DNA from: a virus
Taxonomy: Duplodnaviria; Heunggongvirae; Uroviricota; Caudoviricetes
Virus record (IMG/VR): IMGVR_UViG_3300029305_001878
Coordinates: 64,001-128,000 of that record
Length of the DNA stretch: 64,000 nucleotides
Direction: 5' to 3' (one strand)
Part shown: piece after piece, positions 1 through 11,500 of the stretch
Layout: every line of letters begins with the position of its first letter
Numbering within the stretch: the stretch's first letter is position 1
The notes under the pieces: generated by a model
The model's database searches: none
The model's input: only the letters and a program-made list of their open reading frames with translations
What the model was told of the DNA's origin: nothing
Translations under genes and position numbers: made by a program

Positions 1-346
1 ACTTTATGATGGAGAAGAGAAAAAAGCAATTGACAAAGCAATTGATAAAAAACTCGAACCAATAGTTGAAGAGTTAGATGAATTACGCATGGCCCTTCAA
101 AAGAATAAGGATTTAGAAGAATCTCATTTAAGGATAATTCTTTCTTCTTATCGTTACCGCTTAATGTCTTTATGTAAGCAGTATATAAAACAGGGCTATA
201 TTACTCCAGAACAATATGACCAATTAACTGAATTTTATAAAGTTTATCACGATTTAGGTGGTAATGGTCAAGCAAAAGAATTCTACGATAAAGCGTTAAG
301 TCTTCCTTGTCACGGAGACGCTACAGTGGAAGTATATCACGAATAA
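1..346 (+). CDS. hypothetical protein, 5'-partial (runs off window start)
   Basis: Frame of ORF 89..346 is open back to nt 2. It ends at TAA 344-346 and is followed by a hairpin terminator. Confidence 0.5.
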   Translation, partial: LYDGEEKKAIDKAIDKKLEPIVEELDELRMALQKNKDLEESHLRIILSSYRYRLMSLCKQYIKQGYITPEQYDQLTEFYKVYHDLGGNGQAKEFYDKALSLPCHGDATVEVYHE

Positions 347-390
347 AAAAAATAGGGAAAGTGAATTAATTCACTTTCCCTATTTTTTAT
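347..390. terminator. bidirectional intrinsic terminator between convergent genes
   Basis: Inverted repeat atagggaaagtgaat/attcactttccctat (352-383) flanked by A-run and T-run. Confidence 0.6.
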
Positions 391-391
391 T

Positions 392-706
392 TTAACAACC
401 TTTTATATCACAAAAAGTTTGATTAGTAATATCAATAATTTCTTGACCGTAAGTTGCAATTAAATCTGCTACTATTTCTTCGAAATATATATCCATAAGA
501 ATACCATAACTAAACATTGCCGCGTGTACTAATTCGTGACATAAAACTTTTTTAAACATTTCTCTATCTAATGATTCATAAATATAAATAGTTTTATCAA
601 TATCATCACAACATCCAATAGTAACAGAACCATCACTTCGAATTAACGTTGGATGATTGGTAGAAACCAGGATAATTTGCCAATATTCACCATTAATAAC
701 AAACAT
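392..706 (-). CDS. small HExxH metallopeptidase-like protein (ImmA/SprT-like fold?)
   Basis: Intact 104-aa ORF with motif LCHELVHAAM (HExxH). TAA stop at 392-394. Confidence 0.5.
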   Translation of the reverse strand: MFVINGEYWQIILVSTNHPTLIRSDGSVTIGCCDDIDKTIYIYESLDREMFKKVLCHELVHAAMFSYGILMDIYFEEIVADLIATYGQEIIDITNQTFCDIKGC

Positions 707-1254
707 TATTTAACCTAACCGATTTTAGATGCTAAAGCCGAAACTCGTTTTTCAAGATATTGTCTTTCTTCTGGTGAAGCATCTTCAATCATTTCTACCA
801 TATCCTGTGTTAATTCTTGCATATATTTTTCTAATTCTTTAATTTGAGATGCTTTATCTCGATGCATCTCTTTTGATTCCATATAAGTTTTTCTTGTCTA
901 ATGACTGCGGCCTTCGCGTGGGTCACGCATCATCATATCATATTCAGTATAAGAACGATTACTGCCGCCATTTGAAGAACTACTACGACCACTTTGTCCA
1001 GAAGAAGAAGAGGATGAAGAGGAAGGAGTATAATACATTCTACCCTTTTCTCTGTCCATATCTCTTTCATTATACATTGGTTGAGTATAGTAATGATACT
1101 CCTTTTCTTTCTCTTTTCCTTTTTCTTTCATCGCTTCAGTAATAGTGCAATAATACATTGCTTCTTCTAAATCTTTCAACATATCAATTGCTTCTCCAAG
1201 TTCTTTAGCATCAACATCTTTTAAATTACCCATTTGACTTTGAACGCAAGCCAT
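706..1254 (-). CDS. hypothetical Ser-rich/coiled-coil protein with in-frame TAG codons
   Basis: Frame-1 ORF 898..1254 ends at TAG (898-900). The same frame stays open for ~60 more codons (…TRKTYMESKEMHRDKASQIKELEKYMQEL…) through a second TAG (715-717) to TAA at 706-708. The true 5' end may lie further upstream. Confidence 0.35.
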
Positions 1255-1307
1255 TAAGGACTATTTCATCATTTCATATTGACTCATACACATATTAATC
1301 CTCCTTT

Positions 1308-1730
1308 TTATGCCACACGTTCAACAATCAAATTGGCATTCTGAACATTGATTGGTTGAGTACTTACATTTCTTACACTAACGCTCATACAGCAATTGCG
1401 CGGAACATCAATAAATATAGCGCTAAATACATTAAAAAATTCTTCAACGGCTGCAGGAGTAACTATCATAGTAGTTGTTCCAATTGCCTCTCCTTCAATA
1501 GCAATTGCTAAAGAGATTGCTTCAACGGTACCACCAGTAGGAATTGAAATATTGCCGCCGAAACTCACTTTAAAGCGAGCCCGACTTTGGCAATTAGTAA
1601 TTCCTCTTAAAGTAATAAGACCACTACCATCACGATGGACTATGGAGCAATTCCCGCAAGTTACAGTATCAGTAAATTGAACATTCTGATTCACAGGGAC
1701 AACCTGTAATACATTAGCAGTTATTTCCAT
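1308..1730 (-). CDS. hypothetical beta-rich protein (GC-rich, TAG-free)
   Basis: Intact 140-aa ORF, TAA stop, RBS GGAGG upstream. Confidence 0.5.
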   Translation of the reverse strand: MEITANVLQVVPVNQNVQFTDTVTCGNCSIVHRDGSGLITLRGITNCQSRARFKVSFGGNISIPTGGTVEAISLAIAIEGEAIGTTTMIVTPAAVEEFFNVFSAIFIDVPRNCCMSVSVRNVSTQPINVQNANLIVERVA

Positions 1731-1764
1731 TTATTTTCCCTCCAATATAGTGTTTTATTACTTA

Positions 1765-2541
1765 TTAACCAAAATAGTTACTTCCTTCGCAGCATCCGCT
1801 ACTTCTAAAACCATAACCATAAGGACTATAGCAGCAGTTAGGATTTGGTACAAAGTACGCAGGAATTGGGCAAGGATCACTTAATTTACTTACCAAATAG
1901 GCGTTCTGGGCTTGCTGGGAAGCAGCAAATTTTAGTGACTGATTCTCGGCCTGTAAAGCAGAAATTCTATCTTGTGTTAAGAAATCTAAAATAGAACGAA
2001 CACCTGCATTCTGATTATCAATAATATCACGAGTAGAATCGCTAATAACGTGGCGAGTATCACAAGACTGAGTTGCTAAATTATAATTGGTATCAGAGAA
2101 GCCACGTTCAATGGCTCTTTGAGTTCCACAGCAACAGTCGCTTATTTGATGAGATAAACTATTCATTGCCTGCGCTTCTTGGTAGCCTAAAGTACAAATA
2201 GCATTATCAATTCCGTGGAAACCACTCATTAAAGCATTATTTAATGCATAAGTACTATCTGCTAAACCATAAGTCTGCTGGTCTAATTTAGAAATTAAAG
2301 TCTGCTGGTCAACAGCAGCACGCACATCTTCTTGAGTGGCAGGGAGTCCATAACGCATTCCACCACCACCACCAAAACCACTACCGCCGAAGCCCCATCC
2401 GCCGGCAAATAAGAATAATAAAATTATCCACCAACCATTGTCGCCAAATAATCCATCACCATTTCTACTGGAGCCACTGGTGACAGCGGCAATGTCGGCT
2501 AAACTATACATACTATTTCCAAACATTTTCATTTCCTCCAA
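1765..2541 (-). CDS. hypothetical Gly/Cys-rich protein with N-terminal membrane anchor
   Basis: Intact 258-aa ORF with hydrophobic segment WWIILLFLFAGGWGFGG, poly-Gly tract and several CC/CCC motifs. TAA stop. GC-rich. Confidence 0.5.
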   Translation of the reverse strand: MEEMKMFGNSMYSLADIAAVTSGSSRNGDGLFGDNGWWIILLFLFAGGWGFGGSGFGGGGGMRYGLPATQEDVRAAVDQQTLISKLDQQTYGLADSTYALNNALMSGFHGIDNAICTLGYQEAQAMNSLSHQISDCCCGTQRAIERGFSDTNYNLATQSCDTRHVISDSTRDIIDNQNAGVRSILDFLTQDRISALQAENQSLKFAASQQAQNAYLVSKLSDPCPIPAYFVPNPNCCYSPYGYGFRSSGCCEGSNYFG

Positions 2542-2553
2542 TTAATTTAAAAA

Positions 2554-2799
2554 TTATTTAAAACCATATTGGGCTTTAAATTTTGCAAATTCTGTATCGA
2601 AATCTAATCCTCTTTGAGCAACTAAATTTCGAGCAATTTTTTCAATCTCACTCGTTTGTCCAGTCCGTGCGAGATTTAGGAGATTTTCTCCCATTGGGGT
2701 TCCTTTCATTTGATTTTCTAATACACTCATTACTAACTGTTGTGGATTATATCCTTGCTTAATCATCCCAATCAACTAATTGGGGTCTACGTAGAACAT
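2554..2799 (-). CDS. hypothetical protein (81 aa) with TAG at codon 8
   Basis: ATG at 2797-2799 preceded by AAGGAGG (revcomp of 2807-2814). TAG at 2776-2778 lies in frame between the ATG and the body of ORF 2554..2775. TAA at 2554. Confidence 0.55.
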
Positions 2800-2820
2800 T
2801 GGAAGATACCTCCTTTAAAA

Positions 2821-3222
2821 TTAAAATTTAAAAACTGGTTGCGATTGCTGTGCCGCAGGCTATGACATTTCTAATAATTTACCCTCATATGTTTTTATTA
2901 ATTGATTAATTACTTCTTCAAATTCTTCACGGGTAACATAAGAAGAGTCATTAGACTGGTCAGCAGGTTTAATTTGGCTTAATTCGTATAAATTTATACA
3001 AACCGTGCCATCCATATTTATAGATTTAGTATAAATTTTTTTATTTGCTACATCTGGAAAATAAAACACTGAACCATCAAAATCAATAGGAGAGGCTTTC
3101 ACTTCTTCAATAGAAGAAACAGGCCTAACCTATGATATTACTTGAGGATTTATGTTCCAGTTTGTATATGGCTACTATCTATAATTAGGAATAAATTGCT
3201 ATTGCTGATAGGGGTAATTCAT
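2821..3222 (-). CDS. hypothetical protein (133 aa) containing 5 in-frame TAG codons in Gln-rich context
   Basis: ATG 3220-3222 with AGGAGG RBS (3231-3238 revcomp). Frame 1 is open to TAA 2821-2823 and includes ORF 2860..3102. TAGs fall in contexts such as YQQ-TAG-QF and R-TAG-TAG-P. Confidence 0.5.
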
Positions 3223-3362
3223 AAATAGGCGCCTCCTTTACATTTTCATTTTCCTTACCTCTTCATTACTATATAATTTTTAAGTCAAATAAATAAATAA
3301 AAGAAACTCACACATTTTTTGATAAATTTTTCGTTGCTGCGTTTTTAATTAAATTTTTCAAA

Positions 3363-3431
3363 CTCACAATTTTAATTGAAAAAATTTTTCTCACAATTTT
3401 AGTTGATTTTTTCACAAAAATATGTTATAAT
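3363..3431 (+). promoter_or_regulatory. sigma70-like promoter (TTGATT-N17-TATAAT) with two upstream direct repeats CTCACAATTTTA
   Basis: -35 at 3403-3408 and -10 at 3426-3431. Direct repeats at 3363-3374 and 3390-3401. An AAAGGAG RBS precedes ATG 3468. Confidence 0.45.
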
Positions 3432-3467
3432 ATAATAAAATAATAAATAAATAAAAAGGAGAAATCA

Positions 3468-4172
3468 ATGTTATCGATTGCTATTTACAGTGACAATTTA
3501 AATGACGCACGACTTCTTCAATCAAAAATTTAGGATTTTCTTGTAGAGAATAAAATTTTAGCAAAAACTAAAGTATTTGATACAATGGAAAAATTTATTA
3601 CAGTACCTGATACTTTCGATATTTATTTTATGGATATGGACTCAAAAGATGATGTATTAAGCATTGGAAGCCAAATGATAGATATTGACCAACAAAGTTA
3701 TTTTGTATATTGGAGCAGTGATAAAGCATCTGCATATGATGTAACAAAAATTCGTGCAAATTACTTCTTATTAAAACCCATAGAACCTGGAGACTTGGAA
3801 GGTATTATGAATAGTATCAAGAAAAGAATTAAAAAAGATACTGTTATAATAAAAACTCCAGAAGGAGATAGAAGAGTATACACCAATGATTTAAATTATG
3901 TTAATATTGTAAAAAGGTGTACGTGTTATCATTTAGTAGACGGTGCAGTATTTGATGGATAGACACTGCGCGGCGCATTTGAAAAAGAAATATATCCATT
4001 ACAAGAACATCCTAAATTAGCATTTATTCCACCAAGTTTATTAGTTAATATGACAAATATTAAAATATTAAACAAAGAAAGTGCAACTTTTGACAATGAT
4101 GATGTTATATATTTGCCAAAGAAAGCATATGATATCATAAAAAACAAATGGTTTTTATATAACCAAATATAA
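3468..4172 (+). CDS. LytTR-family (AgrA/ComE-like) response-regulator-type transcription factor, with 2 in-frame TAG codons
   Basis: ATG 3468 with a strong SD. The N-terminal region is REC-like (…YFLLKP…). TAG at 3531-3533 and 3960-3962. The C-terminal continuation TLRGAFEKEIYPLQEHPKLAFIPPSLLVNMTNIKILNKE… is a LytTR DNA-binding domain. TAA at 4170-4172. Confidence 0.6.
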
Positions 4173-4214
4173 AAAAAATAAGGCTCGTATCAATTAAGAT
4201 ACGAGCCTTATTTT
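4173..4214. terminator. bidirectional intrinsic terminator
   Basis: aaggctcgtatc…gatacgagcctt hairpin flanked by A-run and T-run. Confidence 0.6.
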
Positions 4215-4604
4215 TTATTTTTTATTAAGATTTACACTTGCTTCAATTTTTTTACTTATATAAGTATCTAAATCTCCAACTACTGTTGCTAAATATTCTT
4301 TAGCATCATCTGTTAGAATTAACATAACCGCGTCGGCTGACTTTTTAAAAGCCTCTTTTTGCGCTTCAATAGTAAATTCGCCTTTACTTTTTAAACTTTC
4401 AACATAAGTTTGATTTGTAGCAATAACGCAATCAGTAATTGTCTTTTCTAATAATGTCATATACTTATCATATTGAGCATTATTAGTTTTTTCTTTTACT
4501 TCTTTCATATGAGTATTTAACCATTTAATAAAATAAGTAGTTAAAACTCCTAACAGAGGTATAATACATACTTCAAAAATTTGAGCAATTAATCCAATTT
4601 CCAT
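4215..4604 (-). CDS. membrane protein with N-terminal TM helix and coiled-coil (holin/XhlA-like?)
   Basis: Intact 129-aa ORF with GGAGG RBS and TAA stop. Hydrophobic N-terminus IAQIFEVCIIPLLGVLTTYF. Confidence 0.4.
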   Translation of the reverse strand: MEIGLIAQIFEVCIIPLLGVLTTYFIKWLNTHMKEVKEKTNNAQYDKYMTLLEKTITDCVIATNQTYVESLKSKGEFTIEAQKEAFKKSADAVMLILTDDAKEYLATVVGDLDTYISKKIEASVNLNKK

Positions 4605-4620
4605 ATATTATTCCTCCTTA

Positions 4621-7600
4621 TTAATAATAACTTTCAGTATCCCATACAGGGATTATTTTATTTAAATAACTTGCAGTATAAGTAATTTCTTTAGCATATA
4701 TATCATCTTCAACAATAGAGTCACTTAATACGGCTTCACCAGTTAATAACATTAATGACCAATTGTTATTAACATATTGACCCCACCAGGTTTCTTCAGC
4801 AACTAGTTTAGTAGCATCTTCCTTATCGATGTGATATATATTCATAGTATATACTTCACCATTTTGGCTATTAGGTACTCCATTCGCAATATCATATTGA
4901 GAAATAATATCATTTAATTCATCTATCTTACTAATATAATAAACAGACGAATTATTTTCATCTTTCTCTAATGAGCCTACTTCAACATTGTCTTTACGAA
5001 TAAATTGTAAAGTCTTTACACTTTGAGGGGTGCCAACAGGACCTAAAATAGAACCTTGCTTTATCCATTTTCCATTTATATACATAAATACCCAGCCACG
5101 GCAAGGGTCATCTACTCGAGTTACAGTATGAATATAAATATCATTTTCACTTAAATCTCTATCTTCTAAAATATTAGGCTAATAAGAGTTTGTGTCTGCG
5201 TTCCAAGATAAATCTTTATCTTTAAGGTCTGAAGCAGTAAAAATATGAATTGCTTTTGGTAAATAGAAACTAAATAATTGAACATCTTGATTTCTAATTG
5301 ATTCCTCTATTTGAATCTCTTCTCTATTATTTATTTCTATTTTTTCACTTCTAAAGTAAGGAATATTTGGAATATGAAAAATAAATTTTTCTCGATATCC
5401 ATTATCTTTTTCTCCTATTAATAAATTAGTTGATAATTCAACTTTTGAACGTGTATATTTCTAAATATTATCTACTGAATCTTTATAAAGTTCAAAAGCA
5501 GATTTTTCTTGAATTTCAACTTCTGGAGAAGGTGCTGTTATAATTCCTATATATCTTACACTTAATAAATTTTCTTTTTTACTCTTAAATTGATATAATC
5601 TACCTGAAGGCTTATTAATATACATATCTCCAGGTAATACGTCCTATTCTAATAAAGCAAAATGATATCTTAAATTAGATAATAAATAAGTATATTTTTG
5701 AATATATTTTATTATATCATAAGAATAAATAAGATATTCTCTTTCAACACTTTCTTCTAATAAATTATCTTCATTATGCAATTTAATATAAATCCATCTT
5801 AAATCAATAACTGAATCATAAGAATTATATAAATTTAATAAAGTAGATAAATTTGAATTCCACATATAACCTTTATAATACTAATAACAATATTCATACT
5901 ATTTATCAGTATTTAAAGTATTAAAATATTCTTTACTATAAAAATTATTTTTATTCCAACAATCATTTAAGAGATTTAAATCATTAATTGTATTAGGTCT
6001 ATAATTAGAGATAAAATTTTCTAATGGTTCTTTCATTTGATATAATTCTGAATAAATTGCATCACAATAGTCTTCTAATTTATCTTTATATTCATATTTT
6101 AAAGTATTTTTATTAAAACCATATAAGCCCCAAGGAATTTTATTTTCTAAATCATCTACTTCAGAAGTATTACTTAAAATATTAAGCAAACTTTTATCTT
6201 TGTAATAATAATTTTTGATAGAAGGATAATTATCAATATTATTATTTATATAATCAGTAAATAATCTTACACTAAATATTTTATCAGTATCATCTACTGT
6301 CATAATTTCAACAGAACCATTACCACCATCAAAATATAAAATAGTTCCTTTAACTTCGTTAATAGGACATAATTTTGCATATACTCTAATAAAATTATCT
6401 AATATTTCGACTCTAAAGAAATCTTCTTCATAAGGATTGCTCATTGTAAGAATTGCAGAGTGAGAAGTTGTTATTCCTTCTACTGGAATGTCAACATAGA
6501 ACTAATAACTTTCAGTAGCATAATTAGGATTAACTTCCCAATTTCCAAGAGTATCAATACTATATTTTCCCGCTGGTTCTATCCCTTCGCCAATCTATAC
6601 TGCAATCATTCCATCACGAGTATTAACTGTTTCATCTTGATTTAAATCAGCATACATTAATTCGACTTCATCTTCTATGCCAACTAAAGATTCTGTTATA
6701 ATTCTTCCATCTTCAGAATCAATCTTTCCATCACCGTTAACATCACCACGCATACGACCGGCCGGAATGGTAATTTCCTAATTCTCACTATTATTACTTA
6801 TATCCGCCGCGCTTAATGCGCCGCGCAGTAAACTAGTTAAATCAACTATTTTATTAATATCTTCACTACTACAACTATAAATAATATCATCAAAAGACCA
6901 AGGATGTTCTGCAGTATAACTAAATGGAAATTCATTTAAATCGCCTTGCCCAAATAAAGGACCAGAGAAATACTTTACTTCTCTTGGTAACTAAAAATCT
7001 AAAATAGGTTTAGTTAAAGTTGCTTCAACTAATTTACCATCAATTTCTCTAACTTCACCACTTACTAACAAATCAACATCTGGGTCTCTAGTAGGCCCTA
7101 GAACTGTATTATAAATATTTTCAATTCTCTATGCTCTTTGCTAATAAAATTTAATCTGTGGTTTATCAGGGTTAGTTAAATCATAGGTCACATAAGGATC
7201 TCCATCTTCAATATCAATAGTCTAATGGAAAACTTGAATTCTTGGAGTTTGACCTGTAACACAAGCAATTAAACGATAACCAAAGCCAAAATTCTCTTCA
7301 GAATAAATATCAGAAGTTTCTTTTAAACTTTCACCAGGTATCTATCTAAATCTAATAATAGTACCATCAGGATTAATCCAGTTACCATCTTTATCACAAG
7401 GAACATTTTGATTTAAACTTGGAGAATAAATAGAGTATGTTCCATCTCCATTAGGATTTACTTCTCCAACATCTTCAAAATTAATAAAAACATAAACATT
7501 TTCTTCCGAATTGGGAAAGTCAGGAGATACTTCTTTACTATCTTCTACATAAATCTTCTACCAAATAGAGTTAGTATAAGATTTACCACAATTCATTAAG

Positions 7601-7836
7601 TCAATATTTAAATTCTATTCATAAGTAGAAGGCTCAACAATTGTTTCACCATTTTCATTTTTATATATTTTATTTAATTCAGCAATATCGCCATAACTAA
7701 TAAAAACATAATCGCCAACATTAATAGGAGAATACCAACGAGCCTATAAGTCTTTTAATAAATCTTCAGAGCGATTCGAGAAGATTTGAGAAATTCTAAA
7801 ATCTTGACCTTTCTATCCACCATAAAAACTATACAT
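4621..7836 (-). CDS. tail fiber / receptor-binding protein (~1070 aa) carrying a type-I dockerin module; many in-frame TAGs
   Basis: ATG 7834-7836 with a G-rich RBS. Frame-1 ORF fragments 5899..6444, 5644..5865 and 4621..5085 are joined only by TAG (the 6445-6780 and 5086-5176 junctions were checked). TAA at 4621. The 5176-5644 stretch was not fully checked. Confidence 0.4.
6610..6750 (-). other. dockerin type-I module inside tail fiber
   Basis: Translation …GDVNGDGKIDSEDGRIITESLVGIEDEVELMYADLNQDETVNTRDGMIAV… contains two 12-residue Ca-binding loops (D-x-N-x-D-G-x-I-D-x-x-D and D-x-N-x-D-x-x-V-N-x-x-D) about 22 aa apart. Confidence 0.55.
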
Positions 7837-8540
7837 TAGATACTTCCCCCCTCAAATGTTGTAAACATAAAATCTATAATAACATTTTTCAAATCCTGTA
7901 AATAATCATTTTCAACATAAACACCCGCTAAACCTTTTATATATCTTGCTCTTGCGGCATTATACTCTGTTAAATATTTGTTATGGATTACTTCATATTG
8001 TTCCCAAAATTTTTCATTTGTTATTGTAGAATTTGGTGCCTCTTGTTCTAATTTTAACTATCTATAAGCCTTATCAAAATCAGTTTTTGCTTTTTCCATT
8101 TGACGAACTCCATCACTAACATAGTTATTAGTTTGATAAACATCAATAGTATACATTTTAGGACGTGCAAAAACCAATCTTTCCACTTTTATATCATCAT
8201 CCAATTCATAAATACCAGTACGACCAACAATAATCTCTTGCCCAGAATATTTAACAACTTTACCCTCTTCATCAACATCAATCTATCCATCTATATAAAA
8301 TTTTGTTCCAGGAGGGGCTTGAATACCTAATTTATAAATACTCTAACTAAAATTTTTAAATACATTTTCAGTATAAATATTAATTTTTTTTTCTTCATAA
8401 TCTTTAGATAAAGATGAAATTATATAGTTATTATTATTAGGATTTGAGGCTTCATTAGAGGGTTTAATGTCTTTAGTACTGGAAATTAATCCACCGGTTC
8501 CGCCATAATCTTCTAAATTATATATAATTTGGCCTATCAT
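7836..8540 (-). CDS. tail/baseplate protein (234 codons, TAG-containing)
   Basis: ATG 8538-8540 with AGGAGG RBS. Frame 0 is open through TAGs (8343, 8292…) to TAA 7836-7838, overlapping the next ATG. Confidence 0.4.
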
Positions 8541-8556
8541 ATATATATTAACCTCC

Positions 8557-11500
8557 TTATACTCTTACCATTGCTTGATTAGTAGTAATAGACATATTAC
8601 CATTATATCCCAATGGTAATGTATATTGAGTAATAATGTAATCTCCATATATATTACTCTTACTATCACTAACATAAATAATATTATTTGGTTCTAAATA
8701 ATATTTTGGTACACAATTTATATTAACAGAAATATTATAATATAAATTACTATATAACATTTCTCGAATTAAATCAAAAGCCGTAGTTCCAGTAGAACTT
8801 GAAGCAAAGTATTTCATTTGAGAAGGCTTAATAGCACAATACTATTGTCCTAAAATTTGATACTCTTCTATCTACTGTAAAACTTCAGCAGTACCTGTAT
8901 TTTCAATAAAGACAATATCAGGTACTTCTAATTTATACAACATTTTAATATTTTCTTTAGTAATCGCTTTAGTGCGGCGACCTATCTAATTTACTGAATA
9001 AGTATTTATTAACTAAATACTATCAATAAAATCTAACCAAAATGTTAATAAACCTGGGTCCCTATATATCGCAGGATTCCAACCTTCCCAATTATCATCG
9101 ATATAATCTACCCATTCTTTTTTCCATTCTTCATTTAAAGTATCAAAATTCTAACGCCAAAACGCTAACAGTTCTTCATCATAATAGCCCGTTTCACCTG
9201 CACTCGATTGATTCAATAAGGCTTGACGATATAATTCTTCTCGCCACTCTTCGCAAGGATTACCAATTAAATCATAATAAAAATTATTTTCATAATCAAA
9301 ATCATTTTTTAATTCAGGGCTATAAGTAATAACTTCTTGTAAATAGTTCGCGGCCGGCGCACTTGATAAATCAACTTTATAATTATAATAATAATCAGCC
9401 ACTTCTAATAGTAACTAATTTACAAAATCATCTAATCCTGCAACTAAATAATAATCATAAATTAATTTACCATCTTCGACACTAACAATAGAAAACTATG
9501 TTTTTTCTTCCTCTTCTTTTTCTTCTTCTTTTGGTTGTTCATCATCGTACTTATTATCAGTATCCCGGTCTGGATCTATAGTTTCAGTCCAAGGCAATAA
9601 ATTATTATAATCTTCATTATTGGCTAAATCAACTATAACTCCTATATCATTAACTAAAGCAGTAGAATTTTGAGAATAATAAGATGTTAAATTTTTTATC
9701 ATTTTTTCTCTATTTTCTTTAGAGAACAATATTTTTCCTTCTGAATCAGTAACATCTTCAAAATTATAAATAAATTTAATATCAATCTTATCTCCGTTGC
9801 CTTGACGAATATCTTGAGGATTTGCGTCATTCATATATAAACCTGATGAATTATTTATTTTTGTAATTACTGATAAATTATTATATTCATCTACAAAATC
9901 ATTAGATACAAAAATTCTGATATTATGAGTTGTTTTAAAAAGTGAAGAAATACTTTCTAAATCTTCAATACTCATTTTAGAATCTTTTAAAGTATAGACA
10001 CTTATCCATTCTTCTTTTTCATCATAATATCCTAACTCTTTTTCTTTTAATTGTAATAAAATATAATATTTTTCAATTACTTCTTCCTCTTCTTCCTCTG
10101 CTAAAGTTTCTATACTAGAATCAACCTCTTCAGTCCAATCAAGAATATTATCTCCTTCAGAATCAGTATCTTCTTTTGGAGCATTATATATTCCTATTAA
10201 AAAAGATTGCTTTGATATAGTATCTGTATACATATCTAAATACTCGATATATTCAATAGCCTATTCTTTTATTGAAGCCTTATAATATCTAATCTCATTG
10301 CCCCAATAGACTCTTAAATATAGAATAAAAGAACTTTCATATGAAGAATAATTTACATAATTTTTTATTAAATAATCTGTGATATTGTCTATTATCTATT
10401 CTTCTTTTGTATTTGTTGAATCAAAATATAACTCAATAGGTTCTGGTTTAGGCACATTTATATAATCTTTATAAGTTGGCTCAAATAAATAATATAAATG
10501 TTCTTTTTTACCATTTTTATAATTTAATACTTCCCACATATATTGATTAGCCAAATCAATATAAGGTTTTTCATCTATTGCAACGTGATACTTTAAATTT
10601 TTTGTAACACCATTTGCATCTGTGCGACTTCCCCAAACAACAAAATCATTTTTAATATTATCATATCGAGGACTATTGTAATAAGATAAACTATCTTTAG
10701 CATTGTCTAATGTTTTATAATATTTAGTATCAGAAAAGGCTTTAATATAAAAATTATCATTTAATTCCATAACAGGAGTATAATAACTATTTAAATAATT
10801 TTTCTTTTCTTGAAAAACAAAATGCCCATCTAAATCATAAAAATATTCATAATTTCCAATAGTCTAAATGATTTTATCTAAAACTGCGGTGACTGGCTCA
10901 CCTGCAGAAAATACTAACTCTCCTGGATAAGTAAAATCAGTTTCCATATAACCAATATCTTGTCCATAGATAAATTTATGCGCTAAAAAATTTTCATTAT
11001 CTGGTGCTTTTTCACTAATCATAAAACTGCTATAATCATCAGTAAACCAAATAGGATAAGTACCCATATATTTCATACTTTGTTTAGCAACTAATTCTAC
11101 ATCATTAATGATAATATTTTGTTCAATCTCTTTACCATAATGACGTACTAATTCTTTTATAATAGTAAAAATTGGAATTTTTTCAATTTTTATATCGCCA
11201 AATTCATCTTCTATTTGCGCTTCGTGGAAAGTTACTGTAGCGGGTAAGGTGCCGCCGCAAGTACCATCAAGCATACACATTTTATCTTTGCCTTTTATGC
11301 TAATAGTAGCAGAAGTTGCAGTTGTTGAACTTGTTGCCTCTGTAATAACATATACTCCAATAGGAAACCAAATTATATCTCCGTAGTAAGCATATGTCTT
11401 AAAAGGATTTTTTATACCAATTTCAACTTTAATTTTTTTATTAGCAGAAATGATATTATCAATATTACTAATATCATTTTCATTTTCAGGAGCAACTAAA

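Noticed and set aside
3929-4147. Minus ORF antisense to the LytTR gene
   Set aside because: It overlaps a plus-strand gene with domain-level support. No RBS.
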